The notes beneath the pieces are model-generated. The model saw only the letters and a list, made by a program, of their open reading frames with translations. It was not told where the DNA came from and made no database searches. Of a DNA stretch of 20,000 nucleotides, positions 1 to 9,703 are shown piece after piece. The stretch is from Rotaria socialis (lineage: Eukaryota): positions 47,483-67,482 of the forward strand of contig CAJNYD010000073.1 of NCBI GenBank assembly GCA_905331295.1, given 5' to 3'. Numbering within the stretch: position 1 is the first letter of the stretch; the number at the start of each line of letters is the position of its first letter. A program made the translations under genes and the position numbers.

Positions 1-689
1 TTGTAGCAACGTTCGAAAGATGGCGTCATATCTCTTCATCGTTATTGTAATACATAAAAACAATATTTTACGTTAGAGATACTAATTAAGCACGAATATG
101 TTCTCATAAAATGAAGGAAAAATGGAAAAGTTTGATAACAAATAAATACAATAAATTCGACACATACAACCAATCAAATTGCTTGCTGCTTAACAAAACG
201 TTTGTTTGTATTTCTTTTTCAACAATAGAGAAAAGTTTTCAAAGAGAATCGCACAAAATACGCATCATCATGCTAATGATTTAAAAGCAGATATTTTTAA
301 TCCAAGTCAACAAATACAAAGTTACTGTTTTGACATCACAGGCTTTGTCCATCATTTCATAAACACATATATTTACATTTTTAAGTATTTCTTAGAACTA
401 TATCTACATCGAAAAAGATGACTATAAATTTGAGTCAGCTGACCCAATTGTTAAAAGTTTCTTAAATATTGATGCAAAGCAATCGAATGGATGAAGAAAA
501 AAACAGAATGGACTCTCGATTAAAAACTTTTTGTCAACATAGATTGTGTGAGAAAGCTATTCAACATGTGCAACTTCGAATCCATAGCTTCCATTTAACT
601 CCTTCTCCATCTAATAATTTTACGACTGACCTTAACCAATGACGATAGTAAACCTTATAACTCTGTATGATGCAGTTCATCGGCTCTTG

Positions 690-1086
690 AAAAAATTGGA
701 TATATAACGATTTTTTTTTCTTTATTTATCTGACCATGAATGTTTTGTATTCTGGACTCGATTTCTAGGCCGTATTCAGTAAGAAACCTATTATCCTGAC
801 GTCATCATTTGAGGTTATGATTAGAATTATGGCCATGCATAATGTGAGTCACATCATCAAGGTATATGAATATTAATGAGTTACGTATCAAGCATATTGA
901 TCAACCTTGTATTGAAGGTGGCTCTTTGAATCTCTTTATATACAATATTTTGTTCGTTCTGTTATCTACTTGACTGCATATATATATATATATATAATAT
1001 ATGTAAAAAGCGTTTGACAATGCAGTAAAATAGTCATCGTTCATAATTTTCTTCTGTTCGATAACCATATAGTCCACAGGAATTAC
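690..1086 (+). promoter_or_regulatory. Upstream region of paralog A, conserved with ~7162-7554; contains CRE and AP-1 consensus motifs and a (TA)n tract
   Basis: Colinear alignment with the region upstream of paralog B. TGACGTCA 797-804, TGAGTCA 845-851, TGAGTTA 877-883, (AT)n 978-996. Confidence 0.55.
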
Positions 1087-1677
1087 ATGGAACACATTCT
1101 CATCATGCTAGGTAAGGTTTGCATAAGGAATGTATAAAATAAAGATATTTATCTACTTCAAGTTTTGATCCTGATCGCAACAACGCAGATAATTTTGGCG
1201 AATCCCATTGACAACGACATTTTCTCTATAACTTCTGATTTGTCGTTCGAAACAATGAACGGTACAGCCACTATAAATTCTATTTTGTCGTCTCAATCAT
1301 CCGACAATACTCTCGCTACAAATCCAATCTTCGAGTCCGCATCATACGATGATATGTCGACTGCAAATTCTATCCCTGTGTCTCAATTGCAAGATGCTAT
1401 TTTCATTGCAAGTTCTACCTCCGAGTCTGAATCATCAGAAGATATTGACGCAGCAAGTTCTGCCATTGCGACACAATCAGTGAACAATAAAAACACCATT
1501 GGCGATACATATAACCAAGCTACAGATGTATCTGTACAGCCACTGGCGGGTAGAAACTTTCCTGTTTTCCCTTTGATGATTGTTGGTTGCGCGTTTATCG
1601 GGCTAGTTGGTGTTTTGGTAGGGATAACAATCGTTCGCAAAAAGAATGAATCGACGAAATCAGCTCCATCTACATAA
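1087..1677 (+). CDS. Two-exon type-I membrane, Ser/Thr/acidic-rich mucin-like protein, 179 aa (exon 1 1087-1111, 51-nt intron 1112-1162, exon 2 1163-1677); paralog A
   Basis: ATG at 1087 (MEHILIML), donor G|GTAAGG at 1112, acceptor TTCAAG| at 1162. Splicing joins in frame to the TTG-started ORF 1165-1677 and gives a hydrophobic signal peptide (MEHILIMLVLILIATTQIILA-NP), an S/T-rich ectodomain, a TM helix (FPLMIVGCAFIGLVGVLVGITIV), an RKK stop-transfer and a short tail. AATAAA at 1778-1783. The paralog at 7555 has the same intron position, phase and length. Confidence 0.85.
1276..1500 (+). repeat. Five degenerate 45-nt (15-aa) coding repeats in paralog A
   Basis: NSILSSQSSDNTLAT / NPIFESASYDDMSTA / NSIPVSQLQDAIFIA / SSTSESESSEDIDAA / SSAIATQSVNNKNTI, starting at 1276, 1321, 1366, 1411 and 1456. 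Paralog B has only two units and is exactly 45 aa shorter. Confidence 0.75.
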
Positions 1678-3620
1678 ATTAATCGTGAATTTTTTTAATA
1701 TTTCTAAAGAGTCGTGTTTTATTTTAGTGGTGTTTGAATCTGAACTTGTTCGTTTTTATTTCAATTGTTGTAGTCTAAATAAAAGCATTTCTTCTTTATT
1801 AGTAGCTTAACTTCCTGAAACGAATGGCACAACTAGGGTGGGGCGTCAGTGTTAGTTTGGAATAAGAAAAAAAAACTCATACCCGTAAATCCAAAAAATA
1901 TCTACATCGGTGAGAGAATCGTGCACTAAATTCGTAAATATGAATTCAATCATTAATAATTAGTTATCGATGCGACAATCTTAAAATTTAATGAAGCTCC
2001 GATTGATACAAATTAAGATATTTAACACATAAGAATTGATGAAATCAATAAATCAAAGGATGTTTGTTTTAAATTTGATGGTCTTTATTGTTCAGTTATA
2101 CGTAATTACTAAAGAATGAACTTTTCTAGTGCGTGTTCGGCACCAAAGGCACCTTTCCTATTATCATTTGATCGAAGATCTCCATCTGTTGAAATATTAT
2201 TTTCTATGCTCAATCATTTTCGTGCAAGCTGAATTCGAAAATATGAGTGGATGACGCGTTTCTGTGTATAATCAGCAATATTCTCACCGCGTGGTATTGT
2301 CAAAAAATACAGAAAAAGTCATATCTAAAGAAGTCTAAATATTGCCAATAAAGATCATCAAGTGTTTGGAAATTTGTTTTCTGAAAAGGTCTTGATGATA
2401 ATATTAAAAATTGCATATCTTTGTCCAGGAAAACCCTAGACAGCTAATATTTCAAAATGTTTAGTTTCTCAGTGAAAATGAAAATTTTGGCCTGAATAAG
2501 GGCAATCGGTTCGTTGATCAGTATATTATCTTACATTGAGAGTTGAAGAAGATGAGTGTGCAATTTTCTTTTTCACATCAGTGACCGATTTTATTTCTAG
2601 TCAGATTGTACTGAGACATTGAGCTGTTTAAAAGATTTTGTGAGCTAAGTTGATCATCTGTTTGCTCTGAGTTAAGTATTTTATATGGCTAATAGTAAAA
2701 TTTTCCATATAAATATATCGGAAACAACTTTTCTTTTAGTTGTTAAACACAGAATCTTGTTAATTTCAGTGCAACTCATTCTAAAATAGCGACTAGAATT
2801 GTCTAAAACTCATTCAACTCCAATCTTGATCGAATTTCATGTTTTTTTAGATATAGAAATATGGCGTTTAGCGCCCTCTAAAGAAGCATATGTGAGAGGA
2901 TGGAGCGATTTTCAGTTGCATCATCGTTGTTGTGAAAGAACACGTCATCATTCCTATTTTCTTGCTGCTTGATTATTAATGAACAATGAATCTACCATTA
3001 CAGCTATTTATTTGACTGAAATTGCGTGCTGTACTCAAAGAATGAAAAGTACCACATCCACTTTGACCATTTCTACATCTTGCCCTATGTTATCTGCATG
3101 CTGACCATAGATGCCTATTTGGATAGTAGCACCTATAGCCGTGCTTGTCACGAACATACTTCTACCAATATGGACCATTCTGGTAAGCAATATCTCGATG
3201 TTATGAGTCACGAAATGTCTCCTAATAATTTGAGCAACACTGTTGTGTATTATTTTGTGCAGAGATCGATTACAAATATAATAGATCAGAGATATTCTCA
3301 TTTGAATCAGAATAATATTGAAAGATTATAAAGAAGTTTATATATGAAACTTCGCTCGAGAATCGAACCCACATGAAACGATTACTGTTTTTCTGAATGC
3401 TGTTAAATTATCGAAAATCAAAAGAAAGAACAAGAATCAGTCTTATACAAATTTCATATACTAGACTCATTTGAAAACAACACCCGACCAATTCAATTAT
3501 TTGTGGTTTTGACAATTAATACGGTTTACCCGCCTGCACGACTTGTTCTTAAGACTACTGTATAGTTCGCAATAGAATGTTATTTCTTTCAGATAATTGT
3601 TTTCCTCATTCCATAATTCT

Positions 3621-4286
3621 ATGTCTCATCAGCCTACCGTCAACGACAATGATATGAACGCTGAAAACAGTTCTCACACTCTGTATCAACTTCTAGTCGA
3701 CTGGTATGGTACAACCCATCTTAATAGATCTCTCTCGTCAACGCAACTAACAAACCAGTGGACTACATTATGGTTCGCCAAGCATGAGCAGCAGAAGTTA
3801 GTAGATCAAAAACTAATGAAATACCATCCCGCTATCGAATATTTCATTGACTTTCAACCGACAACTCTAGAGGAAAAGATGGCAATGATTATACTCTACG
3901 ATCAAATAACTCGGAATATATTTCGAGGAACAGAAAGTGCTTATATATACGATGATATAGCTCGACGAATTGTTTTAACCCTTGTGGAAACTATTAATCT
4001 TACTGGTCTACCAGTTCAATTTCTAATAACGATTCTTATTTGCTTAGTTCATTCCGAACAAATTGAACACCTAGAGATCGCTCAAAGTCTAATTCAACAA
4101 TATTTAATGAGGCATCCATCAATTGATTCAAATCTTCTAGTGTCACTGCTTGGCATAACAAAAAATCATTGTGACAGAATACAATTGTTCGGACGGATTC
4201 CAGAAAGAAACCGCTTTATTGGTCGACAATCTACTGCGGCAGAGATCTCATTTATGACAGCTGTGAATACAGGAGACATATCTTAA
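3621..4286 (+). CDS. DUF924-family protein (221 aa), intronless CDS
   Basis: Family motifs in the expected order: W-F (TLWFAK), IILYDQITRNIFRGT..AY..D, LVHSE, H.D.I..FGRIPERN..GRQSTAAEISF. First ATG is at 3621; the ORF-track start at 3597 is TTG directly after TAA. A possible 5'-UTR splice acceptor TTCTTTCAG ends at 3592. Confidence 0.85.
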   Translation: MSHQPTVNDNDMNAENSSHTLYQLLVDWYGTTHLNRSLSSTQLTNQWTTLWFAKHEQQKLVDQKLMKYHPAIEYFIDFQPTTLEEKMAMIILYDQITRNIFRGTESAYIYDDIARRIVLTLVETINLTGLPVQFLITILICLVHSEQIEHLEIAQSLIQQYLMRHPSIDSNLLVSLLGITKNHCDRIQLFGRIPERNRFIGRQSTAAEISFMTAVNTGDIS

Positions 4287-4725
4287 TCTATTAATTTTTT
4301 GTTCTCTATCGTGAAAAAATAGAATGTTGGTAACGTAAAGATCTGCACAGAGAGAGTAAGAAAGAAACTGTCTACATACAGAAAGTACCAAAACGAACGG
4401 TGTCGAAGCATCTTTTGTTTCCTTCACAATAGGCCTGTACCATGAAAAATGTAATTTGATAAGAGTACAGATAGTCAGTCATATCATCAGTAAAATTCAT
4501 TTCCTTTTTTGAGAAATTCAAAAGTTCGATTTTGCATCCGTATGTTATTACCGACTGACTGTTGTCATTCTTAGCATTTTTGATTTGATTTTGTTTTCAT
4601 AAATTTAAAAACAAACAATAACAAATTTATTTATTAAGTTTCAATGATTTAATCGTGCTAGTTTAAGTCTTGTTTGGTGTTTATATATGATAGTCTTTTT
4701 GCCCATTGAATTCGATATTGAATTT

Positions 4726-4771
4726 TGTGGGTGTGAGTTGTAGTCTGGTTTTCGTCCGCACACCCACACCC
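4726..4771. repeat. Telomere-like inverted-repeat hairpin, spacer type A
   Basis: TGTGGGTGTG (4726-4735) is the perfect reverse complement of CACACCCACA (4759-4768). The spacer AGTTGTAGTCTGGTTTTCGTCC is nearly identical to the spacer of the 8332-8431 copy. Confidence 0.75.
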
Positions 4772-5138
4772 TCAAGTCGATTGATTCCACTGCCTTTACC
4801 ATTTCCTTCAGCTACAGTGAGACCAGTTGGATTCCATCGAGCACTTGGATGAATTTCAATTAAAGTTTTACGTAATGCGTAGCCTAGAATCAAATCAAAT
4901 GGGAAAAAATGAATCAGACTCAAACATATAATAAGGATGTGGACGTCTACTTCAACTTACTTCCCATCCACACTCACAAGATAGAGTGAATGGATTTGTT
5001 TTGAACAACTAATCAGTCTGCACGAAATGAGTTAAATACCAATCTGGAACCAGTTTCGGTGGTGCAGGCTTAATGGTTACTACATTCTAGATTTGTCCCC
5101 ATCATAGACACAGAAGACAAAAGAATTTTTTTTTCCGC

Positions 5139-6340
5139 TAAGAGATAACTTTTCAAGTTTGAGATAAGTTTTGATTTCTAGGAAATTTTATTTTTTAGCG
5201 TGTCTTTCAAATAAATGCGATGACTTTGTAGTGTAAACTAAGCTCTTTGTAAGGCATCTTTGCGGAGTCGAAATAGATCGTTACAATTGCCTTAGCTAAC
5301 ATTTTTCATAAGTCAAAGAAACTGAGTAAATGTTTTGTACTCAACTATGACTTAACCATATCTTGCATTTGAAAGACAATAAATCCGAAAATAAAATTCC
5401 TCAGTTGCTCATGTAGACACCAAAGAGATCCATTCTGTTGAAGAATCTCTCTCAATAACCAGACATGAAGAATACAACGTATATCATACCTGTAACACTA
5501 AAATATAAGATTATTGAACAGTTACTAAATAAAAAAACCAGATTGTATATTAGAAAAGATTAAAAATGGAATAGTAGAATGTAACTCCCATTATTTCTAG
5601 CTGTGAAATTGTATGGAGAACCCATAGCACACAATATTTTTTATATATGTGATACTCAGGCGGTGATATTAAAGCATTTTTTATTACAAAATGGGCTATA
5701 ACATCACCCAATGCTTCAATCAATAGTAACTAGAGACTTTTCGTACTTCGTTTTATCTCTCGTCAGAGATAATAGATGAAATGAAGTAGGAGGCGATGTT
5801 TCAACAAAGTAACGATGAGGGTGTGAGTGTCGTACAAAGTGTTGGTATGACCTCGGGAGATTGCAACATCCACATACCCTAAAAGAATTATAATAGTTAT
5901 TTAACTTTTACCTTACATCTTGGAATTCGAACAAAACATTGCATGTATTTCTTCTTTTTGCTCATACCCATCAGTATCGTTACCGTGATACTATACTCTG
6001 ACCATCTATGAGCGTAGTTTTTCCTTTTAACAAGTAATGCCCCTTGTAGAAGTTCACAGACTGATACCATTGCGATATTGAAAAATGTAGTTATTATTCC
6101 ATTTCCAAGCTTTTCCTTGGATAACAAATCTGATGTTGAATATTCATTGTACAAGGCATTAGCTTCTTCAAAATATTTGATCGACATAGAAAAATTCTTC
6201 TTTTTCGAATGCATTACAGATAACACTGTTGAACAATCGAAAACGTGTTATAATGGCACCTTCCGCAGTTCGTTCATGTTTTTGATTTGCTTGGATTATC
6301 ATGTCATCTTCAAATTTATTATCAGCAATAATAATCTAAA
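5139..6340 (-). pseudogene. Possible decayed TPR-like / C-terminal SOCS-box-like gene
   Basis: Minus ORF 6226-5897 has a TPR-like helix pair (LSVMHSKKKNFSMSIKYFEEANALY...TTFFNIAMV). Minus 5237-5139 reads FTLQSHRIYLKDTLKNKIS*KSKLISNLKSYLL, resembling a SOCS box with an in-frame stop. No continuous ORF or confident exon model links the two. Confidence 0.3.
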
Positions 6341-7161
6341 ATAAATAAATTATTGTTTCATATCAGAAATTCATTTTATCATCTCTAAGTTTCAACGAAT
6401 GTTTTTTCTCTTTTTTGAGGGTTTCGCTGTGAGATTAAGGTCTGGGCTTGATTATTCCGCAAATACACACCAGCCTCCTCAAGATAGATATAGTTCAAAT
6501 GCTAATATTCAATTACCTATAGTGGTGGAACCGTATAAAAGGAAACATTCTTCACAATGCGCTTCATAAATCATTGTCTTGCAGCAGATCGAATGTATAT
6601 AGGGAATCCACTTTTTTTGTCATGAAATCGAGTACCTGGAGGTTTTTCAGGGCCCCGGCTTCAAATCCGACGCCTGATTTTAGTAATATTCAATATTTCA
6701 AAGTTTTTAAACTTACTTTAAAAATTTTTAATAACGCTTTATTTTTTTTAATTTTTGGAATTTATTAAATTACTTTAGATCTTACTCATTATGCTTTTTG
6801 GTTTCCGAAATTTCCTTTTGATTTTAGCAATTATTTTTACATTTATTTAATAAATTTAAATCTTTTATTATTTTTATTTTCATACCTTTTTTTTATCTAT
6901 TTTGAAGTCTTTTCTTTTGTTCTAAACTTTGATCAAAATTTTTTGTAAAGCTCAAGAACTTTTATTCAATCAATAAAAATAAAAATAACAATAGCAATAA
7001 AATGAAAGTCACAACTATAATGTCGTCTTGTGATGCAACTACGATGAAATAATCGCAGTTACGGTGTAACTGCGTCACAATTTTATCGCAATTGAACACA
7101 TGGGTAAATTCTATTGCATTACGGCAACGTAGGCTTCGTTCTTCTAGGTACATTCTTTCAT

Positions 7162-7554
7162 TAAAAATACTGGATATATATACAGGATTTTGTTCTGTTT
7201 TCCTTATTTATCTGGTCATGAATGGTTTTGTATTCTCGACGCGATTTCTAGGTCATATTCGTTAAGAAGCCCACTATCCTGGCGTCATTATTTGACGTTA
7301 TGATGAAAATTATGATCATGCATATCATGAGTCACATCACAATGATACATGAATGTGAATGAGTTATCAAGCGTATCGAGCAACCTTTTATTGAAAGTGA
7401 CTTTTTGAATTTCTGACCAGTATTTTATTCGTTCTGTTCTTATCTACTGAACTGTATATATGTATTAAGTAAAAAGCGTTGGAGAATGAAAAAAATAGTC
7501 ACTGTTCATAATTTTCTTCTGTTCGATAACGATTGTTTAGTCCGCACCAATTAC
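7162..7554 (+). promoter_or_regulatory. Upstream region of paralog B, homologous to 690-1086
   Basis: Shared blocks such as TTATTTATCTG..CATGAATG, GATTTCTAGG and TTCATAATTTTCTTCTGTTCGATAAC. TGAGTCA 7328-7334 is conserved, with a CRE variant TGGCGTCA 7280-7287 and TGAGTTA 7360-7366. Confidence 0.55.
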
Positions 7555-8010
7555 ATGAAAGAAATTATCATGATGATAGGTAAGGTTTGCACGAGAAATG
7601 CATAGAATGAAAATGTTTATCTACTTTAAGTTTTGATCCTGATCGCATTAACGCAGATAATTTTGGCACATCCCATTCACAACGACACTTTGTCTACAAC
7701 TTCTACATTGGCCTTTGACTCAATGACCGATACAGTCACAGTAGATTTTATTTTGACATCTCCATCATCCAAAGATATGCTCCCTACAAATTCTACCTTT
7801 GCGTCACAATCAGTTAACGATACAAGCACCATTGGCTTCATGACCAATGCTAGAGATGTATTTTCAAAACCATCGTTGAGCAGACAGCTGTCTGTTCCTG
7901 TAGCTTTCGCAATGATTGGTGGTTCTGTGATAGGGCTAGGTAGTGGTCTGGCACTATTATGGATCCTTTACAAAAAGAATGTCGTGCCGAAATCAGTTGC
8001 ATCTACATAA
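7555..8010 (+). CDS. Two-exon type-I membrane mucin-like protein, 134 aa (exon 1 7555-7579, 51-nt intron 7580-7630, exon 2 7631-8010); paralog B
   Basis: ATG at 7555 (MKEIIMMI), G|GTAAGG at 7580, TTTAAG| at 7630, joins in frame with ORF 7633-8010. Signal peptide, S/T-rich stalk, TM segment, KK, and tail KSVAST (paralog A: KSAPST). AATAAA at 8114-8119. The 3' UTR also aligns with paralog A. Confidence 0.85.
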
Positions 8011-8331
8011 ATTGATCGTGGAATTTCTTAATATTTGTAAAGAATCATGTTCTATCATATATTAGACAAGTTAATTTGTATCTGTTAGTTTTTATCTCAA
8101 CTGTTGTAACCTAAATAAAAGCATTTCCTCTTTGTATTGCTACTTTGATGTTCTTGATATAAGCGTCCAAAGTAAAGGGGAAAAGTGGTTCTTCTACCTG
8201 AAACATTCAGTATCAGATAGAAATCTTTTCAAAAACATTTCTAAAGAAAAAGCATACTTATTTTAACTTTCTCAAACAAACGATATAATAAATAAGATTT
8301 ATGATAAAACGTTAGGTTATAAAATTTGATT

Positions 8332-8431
8332 TGTGGGTGTAAGTGTGAATGTGCGTGTGCGTATGGGTGTGGGTGCGGGTGTGAATTGTAGTCTGCTTTT
8401 CGTCCATACTCACGCATCCACACCCACACCC
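8332..8431. repeat. Telomere-like inverted-repeat hairpin, spacer type A, with nine degenerate TGTGGG hexamers
   Basis: tgtggg tgtaag tgtgaa tgtgcg tgtgcg tatggg tgtggg tgcggg tgtgaa, then spacer TTGTAGTCTGCTTTTCGTCC, then ATACTCACGCATCCACACCCACACCC. Confidence 0.75.
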
Positions 8432-8574
8432 ATTCTAATTACTTAGTCTTTAAATCAATCATTTTTTTATTGAAACATAAGTTAGTTCAAGCATTAAGTG
8501 GTTAATATGAAATCTAAATAGACTAATTATGAAGAAAATCAAACGTGTATTTACTGTTTCTTATCGCCTTTGAT

Positions 8575-8631
8575 GGGGTGCTGGTGTAAGTGCAATTATG
8601 ACTAAATAAGAATACACACCCACAACCTCCC
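8575..8631. repeat. Degenerate telomere-like hairpin, spacer type B
   Basis: GGGGTGCTGGTGTAAGTGC-AATTATGACTAAATAAGAATA-CACACCCACAACCTCCC. The spacer resembles that of 12531-12600 (TATTATAGCTACATAAGAATA). Confidence 0.55.
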
Positions 8632-8976
8632 AAAATAGGACACAGCTCGTTCAGGTCGAAATTATGTTCAACCAAAACTAATGAATTCCAGAGCCATATT
8701 TGGGAATGTAAAGACGGCGTTCTTCTCTGAGGTGCGAGGCTTGCGGAACTTAAGTCGCTTAAGTTAAGTGACTTCCAAATTCTAGAACTATAAATATAGA
8801 TAGGGGTATTCTTTCCGGGTTGCGAGACTTACTGATTTTTCTTGGAAACGCAACCTTATGTATATGCATAGCTCTATATAGAATTCAGAAGTCCCAAGGG
8901 CATGCTTTGTTTGGCGTAATGAAATTTTTTTTCCCAAAATTCCGTTTGAAATCAAAAAGCTCATAGACTCATTTTG

Positions 8977-9441
8977 CATGTGCCTGAAGAGTCTTAGTTT
9001 TCTTTTATTGACGGTGTCTATGATGACTTTTTCTCTCGCTACTGTTTTTCGTATGTCTTCGTTTCTTATCATGTCTTTCCAGCTTACTCCTAATATTCTT
9101 TGGTAGCATTTCATCTCTAATATCAGAAGCTTCTTATCACTTTCCTTAAGGGTCCATGTTTCTGAGGTGTATAGGAGAACGCTAAAGACACATATTGTCA
9201 ATATTCTGAGCTTATTCTGGATAGTTAATTTCTTATGGTCCCATACGTGTTTCAGGGATTCCATTGGACCTGCTACTTTACCTATTTGTCTTCTTATTTC
9301 CTCTGAACACTTTTGTCCCAGGTTATTAGATTCTGCAGATATTCGAACTCAGCTCGTTCTCGATATTCTTGTCTCCGATCTGAACTTTTTTTGTATGTTC
9401 TTGTCACCGAAAATCATGGTTTCGGGTTTGCAACATTCATG
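8977..9441 (-). mobile_element. Fragment of a non-LTR retrotransposon (RTE-like LINE): end of the RT domain plus thumb/C-terminal region, frameshifted
   Basis: Minus-strand translation across frameshifts: TMIFGDKNIQ..QIGDKNIENE..EFEYLQNLITWD..CSEEIRRQIGKVAG..LKHVWDHKKLTIQNKLRILTICVFSVLLYTSETWTLKESDKK..EMKCYQRILGVSWKDMIRNEDIR..KRKLRLFRHM. This matches the FxYLG...EIxxRI...LLYGxETW...EMxCxRRILxxxW...RLRWFGH pattern of RTE-clade ORF2. Confidence 0.85.
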
Positions 9442-9703
9442 ATTAGTGCTATAACCACACCCACATTGCTGCCCAAGAGTATGCAGTTCTCAGAAAAAAA
9501 ACTATCCCATTGGTGCCATTCTTCGAAAAGAGCAGGTATTTTGACAGGTTTCTCGAAGAAGATGCGCTTCCAAAGCTATCGGCATTCATATATCTACTAT
9601 TGCACGTTCGTTTTAGATCATGTTTTATTAGAGACCTTATTTTCTAAGTGGTGTATTCTATTCCTCTTACTTAGCTCATAGTTAACGATAAAATACACCC
9701 ACA

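Noticed and set aside
3026..3331. 101-aa ORF with a possible intron at 3183-3262
   Set aside because: Non-ATG start, no recognisable domain, and splicing gives no convincing product.
5657..6676. Possible hAT-like TIR pair (CAGGCG... / ...CGCCTG)
   Set aside because: Only about 13/19 match and there is no 8-bp TSD (GTGATACT versus ATTTTAGT). The 6640-6676 GC-rich motif may be a lone TE end.
6680..6990. Very T-rich tract
   Set aside because: Low-complexity sequence with no periodicity or termini that I could establish.
8241..8429. ORF with a His-Pro repeat (HPHPHP)
   Set aside because: Simply the translation of the (CCCACA)n telomere-like repeat.
8788..8976. C-terminal third of the 158-aa LINE-derived ORF
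   Set aside because: RTE similarity ends at FRHM (~8977); the remainder is read-through into unrelated sequence.
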